Assembly (NCBI RefSeq): GCF_009914755.1
Contig: NC_060938.1
Strand: one strand, 5' to 3'
DNA from: the human T2T-CHM13v2.0 reference genome, Homo sapiens
DNA length: 64,000 nucleotides
Made by a program: the position numbers and the translations under genes
Shown: piece by piece, positions 28,890-51,916 of the stretch
How the letters are laid out: each line of letters begins with the position of its first letter
Position numbering within the stretch: the first letter of the stretch is position 1
Notes under the pieces: model-generated
The model's database searches: none
Seen by the model: only the letters and a program-made list of their open reading frames with translations
What the model was told of the DNA's origin: nothing

Positions 28890-30380
28890 GTGTAAGTCAG
28901 TGCTCCAATTCTGTGTGGTTGGTGTCAGTGGAACCCAGCAAGAAGCTGAGCATAAACACCCACCCAGCCCTCAGGCTACAGCTCACTGGGGGATTGCCCT
29001 CTAAACAAAAGGATAGTAAAAGGGTCCAGAGTCTCATAATATAGTGTCCAAAATATCCAGGAAACAATAGAAAAATCACTTGTCATACCAGGAGCCAGGA
29101 AAATCACAACATGAGTGAGAAAAAACAGCCAATGGATTCCAAAATGGAGAAGAATCAGACGTTGGAATTAATTGACAAGAATTTTAAAGCAAACATTATA
29201 AAAAGTCTCAATAAGCCATTAAAAATTTTTTTGGGATAAATGAAAAAATAGAAAATCAGAAAATAAATAAAAGTTCTGTTAAAAAAAAACAACCAAATGG
29301 AGATTATAGAACTGAAAAACAAAATAACAGAAAAAATAACTAACTTTATGGGCCCAATAGTAGAGTGGAAACGACCAAACATAGAATCAGTAAATTGAGG
29401 ACAGATCAATAGAATTTATACAATATGAAAAACAAAGGAAAATATACTTTCAAAACTGAACAAAGTTTCAGGCTAATGGTACAATATTAAGAGCTACTGT
29501 TTGTTTCACTAGAGTTGGAAAAAGGGAAGAGAAAAATGAGACCAAAACAGTATTCAAAGAAAAAATGGCTGAAAATGTCCCAAACTTGGTAAAACACATA
29601 AACCTACAGATTTAAGAAGCTTATCCCACAGAAGTGAAACCCAAATAGAATAAACCTCAAAAATTTCATACCAAGATATGTTATAATTAAACTTCTGAAA
29701 TGTAAAGGAAAAGAATGTAACCAGAGGGAATCAATGATAGGGGAAAAACAATTCAAACAATAGATTTTTCATCAGAAACCTCAGAGGCCAGAAAGAAGCA
29801 GCACATTTTAAAATAACTGAAAGAAAATAGTGGTCAATTGAGAATTCTTATCTGGTGAAAATATCATTCAGTAATGAAGAGGGAATAGGGACATTCTCAG
29901 AAAAAATAAAACTAATAGAATTCATTTCCAAAGAATCTGCCCTTGAAGGGTGGGCAAAAGGAGTTCTCTAAAGAGAAAGGAAATTGTAACAGAAGAAGAC
30001 TCAAAACCTCAGAAAAGAAAGAACTTCCAAAAAGAAAGAATGTATAAAAATAAGGGTCAATATAATAGACTATATTACTTCTCATAAGTTTCTTAAATCA
30101 TATCTTATGGTTGAGACAAAAACTATAATACTATCTGATGTAGCACTTGATGTATATAAAGGAAATACTTAAGGCAACTATATTTTAAGAGCAGGAAGGG
30201 AGGGTAAAAGATCCTAAATGAAACTGAGTATTCTACACATCTCTTAAACTGGTAAAATGTCAATTACAGTAGATTATGATAACTTCTATGTGCATATTGT
30301 ATTACCTAGAGCAGTAACTAAGAAATTATACAAAACAATAAACACTCTAAGTAATAAACACTCTAAATAAATAGAGATGG
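28890..30380 (+). mobile_element. Ancient L1M 5'/ORF1 fragment
   Basis: aaaatcacttgtcatacc..., aaacctacagatttaagaagc, ttttcatcagaaacc..gaggccagaa, ggtgaaaatatcattcag. Confidence 0.7.
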
Positions 30381-30754
30381 AGTACTATACTTTTTGTCAG
30401 AAGGGACAGCAATCTCACCTTACAAAGGAACATGCATACTAACATGGAGAGAACTATGACCATATTTTGCAATTTTCACAATTATCAAACAAGTTATCAT
30501 TGTGGGTGACTAGAATTTAATCTGGAAAAAACATGCTTCTGAGATTTATTCCACCATAGGGATGAAGGAACTGTGGTGTTTTTACATTAACTCTTATCAT
30601 TTATTAATTGAGGGCTGCTCCCAACTGGATGTTAATTCTGGCATTACTTCTTAGGCAAATTCAGCATGCTTTGTGTTCAGGCAGAGTAGCCTCTAATGTT
30701 GAGAGAAAGCCCACAGGGAAGAGATGCAGATATTGACACTTGGAAGTTGGATGG

Positions 30755-31120
30755 TGATATGGTTTGGCTCTGTGTCGCCACAAAAATCTCATCTTAAATT
30801 GTAATCCCCAGGCGCTGAGGGAGGGACCTGGTGGGAGGTGATTGGTTCATGGGGGCAGTTTCCCCCATGCTGTTCTATTGACAGTGAGTTTTCACAAGAT
30901 CTGATGGTTTAAAAGTGTTTGGCAGTCCCCTCCCCACTCCCACCACCCTCCTGCTACCATGTAAGACTTGCCTTTGCTTCCCCTTCCCCTTCTGCCATGA
31001 TTGTTAGTTTCCTGAGGCCTTCCAAACCATGGAGAATTGTGAGTCAATTAAACCTCTTTTCTTTGTAAATCACCCAGTCTTGGGTAGTTCTTTATAGCAG
31101 TGTGAAAATAGAGTAATACA
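30755..31120 (+). mobile_element. THE1D-like MaLR solo LTR, inserted in an older MLT1-type LTR (~30540-31190)
   Basis: TGATATGGTTTGGCTCTGTGT...TAATACA with perfect 5-bp TSD GATGG at 30750-30754 and 31121-31125. Confidence 0.88.
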
Positions 31121-31406
31121 GATGGTATACATAGAAATGGTGAAACCCAAGAGAATATAGGGAGTGGGAGTGCTGACAGCATCTGCTTCAGTAGGTTTTT
31201 GGTTTTATAAGTGATGGTGGTGGTGGTGGTGCAATTTACTGAGGTAACAAGCACAAGAAGACAAAGGTTGGAAGGGAAGTATTAGAATCTGAGTATGTTG
31301 AACTTATGCTTTTAACACATTTGATTAGCTACATAGTTCTGAAGAAGAAAGAAAAGAGGATCCAGTCCTGAACCTTAAGGAAATTCTTTTCTAAATTAAA
31401 TCTTAA

Positions 31407-31716
<310 letters not shown>

Positions 31717-31750
31717 CTTAAGGTTTCTTGTAAAGTTTTTTTGACATTAA

Positions 31751-32128
<378 letters not shown>

Positions 32129-32739
32129 TGAACAATATATATTAAAAAAATATATGCATATGTGTGTGCACACACATACAGATATAGTCTCTGTGGAATG
32201 TGTAGATTTTCCAGTCATGTTGAATTCCTTATAAATATGATCAAATAAGCCATGCTCAAAAAATACACACATCCTCTATTTATATTTTAATGAAGAACTG
32301 TACATCTTAAATTGATAACTCATACAAACAGATTGAAAATAATAATGATGAATTTGTTGATTCAGTTGCCACCTAGAAGTTTCCTTCAAATATAAAGTCT
32401 GAAAGATAAGAGTGATATAATCAAATGTCAATTATGTCTGTAGACTCTGTACTTGTAGGGATATTGTTTACAATATTACATCTTGACTCTAGATGTTTCT
32501 TAGTAAAATTATACTTATGGTTACCTTGCTAAAAGTATGATACCACTTATTTAAGAACCATTTCTATGTTACAAATATATGAGATAAAGGCAGATATAAT
32601 TATTAAAATATTTCCACAAGTTTTATGAAATATTTTAAACACAATAGCCATATGTAGTATACATTTGTCATTTTTGGCTGCACATCTTTTGAAAACCCAC
32701 CTGAATTTTTGTATTTACCACAAGATAAATTCTGTTTTC

Positions 32740-35232
32740 TCAAGATACAATTTTAAAACTGCATTTCCCAGCTTTTCTTGTGCCCAGAATTACAGGCAGG
32801 GACCAGTTTCCAATAATCATTTCCACCTACATTATGTCTTCAATTTGGAAGTGATCAAGTAGGGAAAAGCTCTGGCAGAGCACACATTTTTTTTTCTGGT
32901 GGCTGTGGAGTTGGCAGTGTCACAGGTAGCTTCTCCCTTGGGACTGTTTTCGAAGCAATTCAGAAATTGGCAATAGACTATGGGTATTGTTCTGGTGAGC
33001 TTACCCTGTTTATTACCCTAGCACAATCAATGAGTATACATGCTATCTAGTATCTTTAATAAATATCTATTCTGCTTAATCTGGGTGGAATGAATGGGTT
33101 TCCTTGCAACTAAGGTTGTTTAATAGAATAATTTGTATTAAAAGTGCAAGGAACCTTCAAGGAAATGAGTATCTGGGATTCATTATCTGGAAGGTTGGAT
33201 TTGAAAGCTCTGAGAATACAATTCGTTCTAGAGAAAAGAGCACTGGTACCCATGGCATACTAAAATGAAACACTTGCTTATATTTATCATCTGTGCTCTT
33301 GGTCACCTGGAATAATGTTACTATAGAAGGCAAGGAAGTAGGGGAGTTTATGCTTACAAAAGTACAATGGACATGAAGCACGTAAGAGCTATAGGGTGAC
33401 TTGGCTACTTCTAAATGTGCTTAAGCTTTGAAAGAAAGGAAAGAACACCTTAAAGTTTTAAATTCTCAGCTCAATGTAGTAAAAAAGCCAGGGCGATAAC
33501 ATGATTACCCTAAAATTAGCTCTCCTCTCTGCAGGACTGATGAAACTGAAAATTAAATGCACAGTCTAATGCTGTGGTTTCTCAATTACGTCAGATGAAT
33601 TCTAACGGTACCATGACTCTTACTGAAAGTTAAGACACTTCCATGGAATTGTAATCGAGACAGATGGGAAAACCCTGAAAACTCAGAGTACTTTGAACAC
33701 TCAAATTTACTAAACATCCCTTAGTAGAAGAAATAGCTTTTTCTCCAGGGTTTAATCGGTTGTTCCTGCTTCCCTGAAAACCATGTAAGCACGTTGCCTG
33801 AGGCAGTTACCTCAGGAGGTGGTATAACTTTCTTCACAACCCATTCCTGACACCTTGCAATGCCTTGGACCCATAGCTAGTGTCAGAGTCCAGAATGCTC
33901 CAAGAAGCTAGGGCAAAATTAAACCCAGGAAGAAAAGGCTTACCCACCAAAGGAAAAGAAAAGCAATGTTTTGCCAAGTTATATTAGCAACTACCTGCAG
34001 GAATATATGTGAGAAAGCATTTTAAGGTACGAAAGCAGTACAAATGAAATATAATGTATATGGAAGCAATACTTTAAATATGGGTCCAGAAAAAGGAAAA
34101 TACATGATTTCTAAAAGCCATAAAAAACAGATACAAGCATCTTTGAAAAGTGTGCAGTATCTATTCCCTACAGGATGAAAACAAAGGTGGGAGATGCTGC
34201 CATTAATATGAGCCTCATTAGCAGCACTTAACCACGTTGTGATAATCTGAGTGGTTTGACACACACTTTGCCTTGCTGATTGATTAGGGGGTCCCTGGGT
34301 CTGAAAACGTTGTGTAACCATTAAGGTCCCACTTGATCTGTATAAGTAATACAAAAACAAATAAACAAACAACAACAGCAGCAGCAAGTAAGCCTAGAAA
34401 ACAGACTCCAGGATTGTGCCTCCACGCCATGGCTCCGAGTCAATTCACAACACAGAGTTTCTTGAATGAAGAGTAGGCTGAGAATTCTTGAGGAGGAACC
34501 CATAACCAACCCACTCCTTGGATAATGGTATTAATTTATTGATGAAGGCAGAGCCCTTATGACATACTTACCTCTTAAAGGTCCTACCTCTTAATACTGT
34601 CACAATGGCAATTAAATTTCAACATAAGTTTTTGAGGGAACATTCCAACCATAACACCTGTAGACACCTGCTTTTTCTTTCTTGGTGATCATGTAAATGT
34701 CTATAGATTAACATTTCCCATGCCCTACCTTTTCTAATAATTATTATATTTTTCCATAGGTTAGAAAATATCCAGAAAAAATTGTGAATAAATCAGAGGA
34801 GAAATGGACATTACCCAGATGTCAGGCTTGAAGCTTCATAAAGTAACTGAAGAGAATTTGGAAAACAGTAAGCGTGTTTTAATTATAACTGATATTTATA
34901 TTATACAAGGTTGGAACATAGTATTGTTGCTATGCTTTTGTAAATTTAATATGGTAGAAGAATATATAATGATTTTGTCAGCTAAAAGTTGGGCTGAGAG
35001 AGACATCACTCATTTATGTTTGCCTGTCAAATACATTTTGAACAACCACTTTGCATTTTTATATTTTGCCACACTCTAAATTCTACTTTCTCAAGGTTGA
35101 TTTCATCTTAAAAACTCCCACATGTCCTAGAGAGTCTAGTAGCTAGGTTGTGGAAATGTGGCTATGGTTTCATCAGTCAGAAACATTCATGCAAGACAAT
35201 GACTCAGAAGTGACCTATGTGCAAAACGTTTA
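32740..35232 (+). mobile_element. Degenerate ERVL provirus: LTR33-like LTR, gag remnant (~33130-34090), 3' internal remnant and start of second LTR (resumes 41394-41590)
   Basis: LTR-like ends (aataaatatctattctgcttaa...gcaactaag; ctagccagagtggattctcttgtttacaattaag). The gag-like stretch resembles the ERVL YTPKELQDFANLYRQKPGEYVWEWILRV motif near 33940-34030. Confidence 0.5.
34510..34656 (-). mobile_element. MST/MLT1A-type MaLR LTR fragment
   Basis: gcagagcccttatga...cctcttaaaggtcctacctcttaatactg...acattccaaccataaca. Confidence 0.65.
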
Positions 35233-35248
35233 CGTATAGTAATTTTTT

Positions 35249-41377
<6,129 letters not shown>

Positions 41378-42083
41378 CATATAGTAATTTTTTATCCTAA
41401 TGCAGGCAGTGCTATCATTCTAGAGACATTGCTGATAGATTTCTCATCAGGCCAATTTTATGATGTGTTTCTGTTCTTTGTTTCTGGAATCTTATATGAT
41501 TTCTTTGCTTCTCCATCTTTACTTCTTTTTCTATATACTAGCCAGAGTGGATTCTCTTGTTTACAATTAAGAATTTTTATCGTTATCTTATAAAATAAAT
41601 ATGTTTGAAGCTAGTTTTCAAGAGCATGTGGTATTGGAGCAGAGAAACCTTTTAAAACATCTCTTTTGACTTTTACATAGCATTCTCTAATTTCTCTAAT
41701 TGCTAATCTTATTTCTGAGAACAAAAATGAGATTTCAGAGATGTCCACAACTTTCTTACTTTAGCCTTTTTTGGAGGACAAATAAGATGAGACTACTCCC
41801 TTTCATTCTTGGTCTTTGCTTATTTCTAAATAAATATTAGACTACAGTTTGCAAGTATCATTAGGATAATCATCACCACCCTTAGCCCTCTGTACTATTA
41901 GGTAAAAAGAATAGAAGCAGCAAAAACATTGCAGAAAAGGCAAACAAATTGAAAATAACAATTTAGGAAAACTTTTGGAAGTTAACTTAGAGTGATCATA
42001 AACTCAGGTTATAAGATCACAGAATAAATAAAATAGAAGGTAAGGGAAGTGCTTTAGGGAATAGAGAAAGTTGACTGACCCAC

Positions 42084-42543
42084 TCTGGTGGATTAAAGGT
42101 GGCAACAGATTCTTTGATAGTTGTCTCATTGCTTAAACCAGTAAGTTATAGTGGAAGTGATGCTGTGCCAGATCTGAGTCTCACCTTTAAGAGGACTCTT
42201 CATGTCCATTCCCCTACTTTTTGGACCCATGAGCTACTTTTAAGAAGTCTGATCGCCTGTGGCTATGGGGAAGCCCACAATAGTCACAATTGCCATGGGT
42301 TGAGAGAGAGGGGAAGAGAAGGAGAGACAGAGATTGTAGGCCAGTCTCTAGCTGAGCCAGCCTCAGCCATTAGAGTCATCCAAGATGACTCTAGACATTG
42401 TGGAGGTGAGAGAAGCCATCCTGTCTGTGCCTGTCCAAAGTTCTGGTCCACAGAATCATGAGATAAAATAATAATATTATTGTTGTTGTTTTTAGCCACC
42501 AAGTCTTGGAGTAGCTTGTGCGGCAGTGGATAACCAGAATACA
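42084..42543 (+). mobile_element. MLT1 (F/G/H-like) MaLR LTR
   Basis: gtggattaaaggtggc...gaagtgatgctgtgccag...tagccaccaagtcttggagtagcttgtg...ataaccagaataca. Confidence 0.7.
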
Positions 42544-45424
42544 ATACCATCTTCATTTATTTCTTCATTAATGTATATACAGTGAATACTATTTGGTATA
42601 CCAGTCTCTGGGGTTAAAGTATATTGGAATAAGTTTCTCTTAAACTAGGTTCTTTAATATTCCCATTTTTAGAGGAGGAAAAATGCTTTAAAAGCCACAG
42701 GAGTTGATTGGAAATTATAATAGAAAAAGGTGAATAAGGTGAGAAATTTAGAGTTGGAGGAAGAGAAAGTTAAGAGAGGAACAAATCAAGGGGTTACTTT
42801 AGTGATTTGCAGGGAGTTTTTCCCCCAGAAAGTCAAGCAAGAAGGGGTGCTAGTGACTCAAGAGGCATAGAAAGACTGGCTTTTAGTCCAAAAGACACAA
42901 TAGGCACTGAGCAGAGGATGATGGCAATGGTAGAATGAATCATGAGGTTCATAACCAGGAGACTTAAAGCAAAAAAAATAAACAACCAAACAGCAATGGG
43001 TGAAGAGTTCCCTGCAAAGGCTAATCTATAAATAAGCACTGTGATCTTTCCTGGTCTGATAACAAATCTCATTATGAATAAAAATACAAATGCAGGTCAA
43101 CAATTCCAGATGTGTTTGAGAATTAAAATTTTTTTGAAATTTAGAAACCAACATACACATAACTATGTATTTAAAATCTTCGTCTGGGTTTAACGCCACA
43201 CTGTAATGAAACATTCCTTTTTTTTGTTTTGTGGCAAAATGTATAAAAATAATGGATAATGGTATAATTAGCTGCACATCAGTTCAAGTTGTGTTTTGCT
43301 ACCAAATGAGTGCAGTTCGGGTTTGATTCTGGCACTTTGTGAGTCATGAAAAGTTTTCAGTTTTAAGAGCTTCTTGAATTTTATAAATGTGGACAAAGGA
43401 TTGTTGATCTGTATTAAATTGATTGTGGCTGAAGATATATGACATCTATGAGAAAATATACTTTCACTTGGGAAAAAACTATTGTACCTAATTTAGGAAA
43501 TAAACTGAATGTTAACTTTAATGACTGATTATTATGCTGAAACAAAATCTAAAATTATTTCTATCGAGTATTAAAATCATACATATAAAAATTATTTCTA
43601 GACTTCAGCTGTCTTTCAAGTGTTATTGAAAAACAACAAAAAATTTAAGGCAACAAAATAATTTAGACCATTCCAAATAGTTTACTATAATAGAAGTTGG
43701 ACTCTAATACTTTTGGACTAAATAAGATAAACCAAAGAAAGGAGAGAAAGCTACGGTATAGTAAATGGACTTCTATTATTGTGAAAGTAAAAATAGTAAT
43801 AAATGTTATATTTGCTTATCAATTTCAACTTTTAAAAACGTTTCAGATGGTAATGTAGAATGATTCTCATTCTATTGCAAACTTTTGATACTTCACAAAA
43901 GTATTAAGTACAATATTTGTCAGTTTTCTTTAGAGAAACAGCATACACACACATACACACACACACATCTCCAATAGAAATATAAATAAATAGAATGAAT
44001 AGTATTTATATATTATCTCACATATATGTATATGAGATTTATTAATATCCTGTGACCTGGTCAACTTGGCATATAAAATTAACCATATCAGTACTATACT
44101 ATAGTTCTTAGTCCTATGATAGAACTGTGAGAAATACAAAACAAATGTATGTCATGGACCCTGCTTCTTAATACATTGAAATATTTAGATAATATTACAG
44201 AAGTGTTATGTACATAAATGTTAAATGAACAAAATCAAGAGCCAGCCTATTGGGGCATTGGGCAGAGACAGCCTCACCTTCCCCTTTCAGATAAAGAAGT
44301 AAACTTGTACACAAAGCTATCTAACACACTATTATAAAAATCAATTTCCTTCTCATCTGGCTGGGCCCCTGTTCACTCCCCTATCCTGCCGGCAGGGAAG
44401 TCTTTGAACGGTGACTCAAGAAGTAAGTCAAAGGACTAATTGGGGGAATTCTTATCTCTGTCAATGTCTAAAGAAGGACATTGAGAACAAGGGATTCAGT
44501 GGGTTTAGAGTTCCCATTAGTATAATTTTTCAGACCAGAATATCCTCTGGAATGAAAGGGAGGAGATGCAAACCTTATGATCATCTTTTAATCTTATAAA
44601 TAAAAATTTTAAAAGTTATGCTTCACCTGCAGTGTTTGTGGTTGCAAAATAAACTCTGATAGGACAAGTGTCATATTTCATTTATTCCTTCTATAAATGA
44701 AACATCATATAAAAGCTGCCACAGCAAGGTCAATGCTTTCTCCTATGAAGTCCTTAGGTAGAAAACTTATCTCCTGACAAGGCTTTGGAAGATAAGTCTT
44801 CATTCGTGACTTTTAAACTTTATTTTACAGAGAGCCCTTAGTAATAAATTACTACACTCCAAGGTCAGCTCTGTTTCTACTTTAAAAATCTTACCAAAGG
44901 CTATAAAAATCTTCTTGAGAAGACAGAATCCTGCAGCTATTTTACAGTGTGCTACTTAGAACAAAGTTAAATAATAAAAGGAGGTACAATTGTTAATACA
45001 TTATCAAATTACTTAAAAGATAATCTTTCATGATTTCTACTTGCTCTTAAACTACAAATATTTTTTAAATAAACATTTAAAAGAAATTTTACTACTTTAA
45101 ATGTTTTATCAATAACTCTTATTTGGCAGATTTTCTTTGTTCATTATCTACTAGAAAAAGTATAGGATTATGTTGTGTACTTTTGTTTTATATACAGTTG
45201 ACCCTTGAACAACACAGGTTGAACTGTGTGAGTACACTGAAAAATGGATTTTATTCCACCTCTGCCACCCCTGAGACAACAAGACCAACCCCGTTGTCTT
45301 CCTCCTCATCAGCCTATTCAATATAAGGACAACCAGGATGAAGACCTTTATTATGATCCACTTCCACTTACTGAACAGTAAATACATTTTCTCTTATGAT
45401 TTTGTTAATAACATTTTCATTTCT

Positions 45425-45496
45425 CTCAAACTCCTAGCCTCAAGCGATTCTTCCACCTCAGCCTCCCAAAGTGCTGGAAGGCCACCATGCCTGGCC
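45425..45496 (-). mobile_element. Alu 5' fragment (~72 bp) without tail
   Basis: ctcaaactcctagcctcaagcgattc...ccaccatgcctggcc. Confidence 0.8.
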
Positions 45497-45588
45497 ACAT
45501 TTTATTTTCTTTAGCTCACTTTATTGTAGAAATACAATATATAATACATATAACATACAAAGTATGTGTTAATTGACCATTAATGTAA

Positions 45589-45961
<373 letters not shown>

Positions 45962-46476
45962 TATACACAGATTTTTAATTGTGTGAGAATTTGGGGGTTG
46001 GTGCTCTAACCCTCGCATTGTTCAAGGGTCATCTGTATTTAGTTTTTGAATTCTTCTCCTTATAGTTTATTCACTCTCTACTGTCTCATTAAGTGCTTTC
46101 ATTCCTTCACTTGCCAACAAACATATGATAATTTTTTACGTTTGTTTTTTCAGAGGTTCTTCTTGGAATCTTCCTAATGTTTCAGGCATAACTGTTCACC
46201 TCATGGTCAGTATCAGTTTCTCCTCTGACAAATCATATGTGATTAAAAATACAAGCATCTGTTGCGAGGTCTTTAGTTTCATAGCACAGACTTGACTATT
46301 CTTATACTACAATGTTTTAATTATTATAACTTTACAAATATGTTTTAGTATCAGTAAAGCAAGTTCCTTCTCCTTACTCTTCTTTCATTTATATTTTTTC
46401 TTGTAATATTTGTTCATGTGTTATTCCAGAAGCAACATAAAATACTTTAAAATTGTTTTAAATTCTGTTAATATGT

Positions 46477-46725
46477 TTTTGTTTTGTTTTGTTTTGAGAA
46501 GAGTCTTCCTCTGTCACCCAAGCTAGAGTGCAGTGGCTCAATCTCCGCTCACTGAAACCTCCACCTCCCAGATTCAAGCAATTCTCCTGCCTCAGCCTCC
46601 CAAGTAGCTAGGAGGTGCAACCATGTCCAGCTAATTTTTGTATTGTTTTTAGTAGAGATGGGGTTTCACCATGTTGGCAGGCTGGTCTTATACTCCTAAC
46701 CTTAGGTGGTTCACCCACCTCAGCC
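46477..46725 (-). mobile_element. AluS, 5'-truncated, (TTTTG)n tail
   Basis: Alu right arm and most of the left arm. Confidence 0.85.
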
Positions 46726-47649
46726 TATACTTTAGTATTTAAATTACAAACTACAACTGTAATTCACAGAAGAGGGAGGCCATATTTAATTTATTTTGGA
46801 ATTCAATTAAAATTTATAGGCATAATATTTTCATGTTTGCTAAAAGACATTGCTTTAACATATTGGAAAACACTAACTTTGAAAATAATTAAAATGAATA
46901 TACTATGTATGAAAACTTTTAGGTACAAAGTCAAACTTGAAGCAGTTCTATGGTATTTTTATTATTAGCCGAAAGAATTAAAATAAATTCACTACACATA
47001 ATGCTTAAAAAGGTAGAAAGAAAACACAACATCTAAAGTAACCAGGACAAAAAAATTAATAAATTCACTTATAGATTTCAATTCAAAAATCCTAAGTAAA
47101 ATGCTCAATAAAAAAATGAAAATATACTTCAAAATGATCAATGAAGGAAAAAGTTGATACTTAAGAGGAAAATCTGTTTCTTTTGTATTAATCAAAAAAG
47201 AAGTTTAACAACCCAGAAGAAGGTTGAAATTTTTTTCTAAACCGTAAAGATAAATTAACGTGATTAAGAATTTCTATTTCTAACCAAATTCTCATCTTAT
47301 ATTTAATAAAGCACCCCTAATCAAAGTTAAATATAGGAATGACATGGCTGGCATCACCATCTCTATTTTTCCTGGAATTCAAACTAATGCTTTGAAATAA
47401 ACCAAAACAAGAAGGAAGGAAGGAAGGAAAATGAAGAGAAAGAAGGGTAGAGGAGGAGGTGGAGGAAGAGAAACTGTGGTATAAATATTGGAAAAAAACA
47501 CAAATATACTTGGATTATAATAGGATTATCATCAGTGCCCTAAGGAAATATTAGCTACTAATTAAAAAGGCACAGAATTTCTATGAAAACAAAAGCAAAC
47601 TAGAAAATATTACAAAGAAAAATATTTAAATGAATGGCCATATATTTCC

Positions 47650-47652
<3 letters not shown>

Positions 47653-47684
<32 letters not shown>
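47653..47684. repeat. (TG)16 microsatellite
   Basis: Direct read. Confidence 0.95.
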
Positions 47685-47686
<2 letters not shown>

Positions 47687-47758
47687 ACTAAATATGGTGA
47701 CTGTATCAATTGCCTCCAAATTAATTTATATGCTAAATGCAGTTCAAATAAAAATCTT

Positions 47759-48137
<379 letters not shown>

Positions 48138-49552
48138 TCAAGTCATGTTATTTATATCTTCTATACCCTTATTTATACTTTAACTTGTCAAAGATTGATA
48201 GAATAGTGTGATCTCTTCTACTGCATTATTATCAATGAATACTTGTATTCCTAAAATATTTTGCTTTATATATTTTCATACTTTCTGTACTTAATGATTC
48301 ATAACTTATTTTCATTGTGTTATATACTTTTTAATATTTTTTTACCTCAAGTTCTGTTTAATCTACAAAAACTACTTTTAAAATGTTTGAAATGTTTGTA
48401 TTGTTTGATATATTTTTTCTGCCTCTAAAAAAACAATTGGAATGTTAGTTCCAGTAAAAGAGAGTTATGTATTATATCTATAACTTGAAACCATCTTGGA
48501 CCAGAGGTCAAAATATGTGCATTTTATATTTCAGGCTGTTATAGGATACATCATATAATTGCATGCATTCAATTTTTAAAATTCCAGATAAAAATTTTTC
48601 TTTTTATTTAAATCCATATACATTTTTAGTCATAAACTATTTGCTTATATCTTTGGTCAGCTTGAATTTTGCAAACTTCTTTTTTTACTCCTTGTATGAC
48701 TCCTTGTTAATATAATCTATTTTTTGACCCACACAATTTTATTTAAATATGATTTTTATATTACATAGCTCCTTTTGCAAAATTCATTTTTGATGTTAGT
48801 TTTGTATTGAAACTTTGAATCATTTAGACTTACTTTATTTTTGCCTTGTTTCGTCATTTGTCATTTTATTTAAGTTCCTACAAGCCCCCTATTCTTGAGC
48901 TATTAATTTTGCTTCATTTCTCAATTATTTTGGGATACTTTTTCCTTAAAAATATGATTTTTCTATTTTCAGCTTCCTTGATTATATCAGAATGTCCTTA
49001 TCCTTAATTTGACTGGGTAATATTCTTGAATGTTGTTTTTTTCTTTCTCCTGTATAAGTGAAACCTTAATGTTTAACCTCTCGTTGAAGCAGAGGGCATG
49101 TATTTGAGGATGTTAGTAAATGTCTCCTTACTTTTGGTAATACAGACTCTTTCATGACCCCTAAACATGCTGCTTTGGGAAGCCTAGGTTGTCTTTTTAC
49201 TAATTGCCACATGTGGAGGTCCAGATTCAATTGCCATCCTATCTGACATCCTTTAACACTGTGAGCAATGCAAAATCCAGATTGTAAAAGGACTAGTAGG
49301 CAATAAATACTTAACGAAATGAATTCAGACAATGTAAACTGAATGTAGCTGGTGGTAAAGGGAATGAGAGAGGAGCAGTAGTAACTAGAGGTGGAGATTG
49401 GTTGAGGGAAGTTATTTTCTGAATGGGAAAGACGTGTGCGTGGCTGAAGGAAGCAGGAAAGAACCTTGTGGAACAGAATAGTTCGAAAATGCCCAAGAAT
49501 GGGGACTAATGTGTGAGGCAGTGTTGCAGAGAGCACCAGAGAGGTTAGAATC

Positions 49553-49904
49553 TGTCTTAGTATGTTTGGGCCATTGCAACAGAATAGACTCAGCAGCTGA
49601 TCTTAGACATTTCTAGCCCATAAAACTGTGAGAAATATTTGGAGGCTGGGAAGTCCGAGATCACAATGCTGGCACATTTGGTGCCTGGTGGGGGCCTGCT
49701 TCCTGGCTCATAGATGACCATATTCTTGAAAGGGGTGAGAAAGCTCTCCAGTGTCTCTCTTATAAGGGCACCAATCCCATTCACGAGGGGCCCTGCACTA
49801 GTGACCTAATCACCTACCAAAGTCCCCACCTCCTAATACGTCACCTTGGGGGCTAAGGTTTCAGCATACGAATTTTGTGGGGAAACAAACATTCATTGTT
49901 AGCA
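49553..49904 (-). mobile_element. MLT1A0-like MaLR solo LTR with internal inverted segment
   Basis: tgtcttagt...ggaggctgggaagtccgagatc...ataagggcaccaatcccattca...cattcattgttagca. Confidence 0.78.
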
Positions 49905-50362
49905 AGGGGAGTATACAATTACCTAATACATGCTTTGAGATGCTGAGGATGTACATTTTCCACAAAAGTCTGTCTTTTTGTAAATCTTTAGCGTCAATAG
50001 TCAAACCCGCCCTTCAGAATTTCTAAATTCAAAGTAGGTTCCACTCTTTTTAGTCAGTCTTTCCTGAAGAGATTTTAAAAATGCCTAAAATATGATGAGA
50101 ATAAATAATGCCATGTTAATGTTTGCCTGCTAATTTTTGTGTAGTTTGATACTTACAGTTTTACATCAGATTTTAGCCATGAACATGAGAGTCTTGACTA
50201 TAGCATGTCTTATGCCACATAGTTTGGCCTCTGAATTTTAAAGATAATTAAAGAGAATTACCACTATATTGACATGGACTAAAAAAAGCGTTTAAAATTC
50301 ATAGCTGTAATGTTTCTTTGTAAAACAAAAATAAGGAGCACAAATGAACAATTGTGCCATAA

Positions 50363-51492
<1,130 letters not shown>

Positions 51493-51916
51493 TAATATTT
51501 TCTTTTAATCTCAAACCCTGTTCCTTACAAAAAATCTTTTGGTCTGTGTATTTTAGGTATTTAGGTGGCTTAGAATCGCTTTCCTTAACTGTTGTGCATG
51601 TGCAAGTGTTTATGTAGACAGACACAACTCTTCCATAATGAGCATAATAATGTCATAAAAAATTTATTGAATGTGTATAGGCTTTGCATCTGTTGTTTAT
51701 ACATGTCAATATTGAAAATGGAACTGCATAGACTGATGAGCCTGATATTAATTAAATGAGAATTACACCTGGTCTCACATGCATTATCCCTCAAATGTTG
51801 GATAAAATAGTTTATTCCATACTGCCGTACTTCCAAATTTACATATGCCAATATTTAAATAATTATGCATGTTTTAACAATTGATTAGAAAGCTAAGTTG
51901 AAAGAAATTACTCAAT

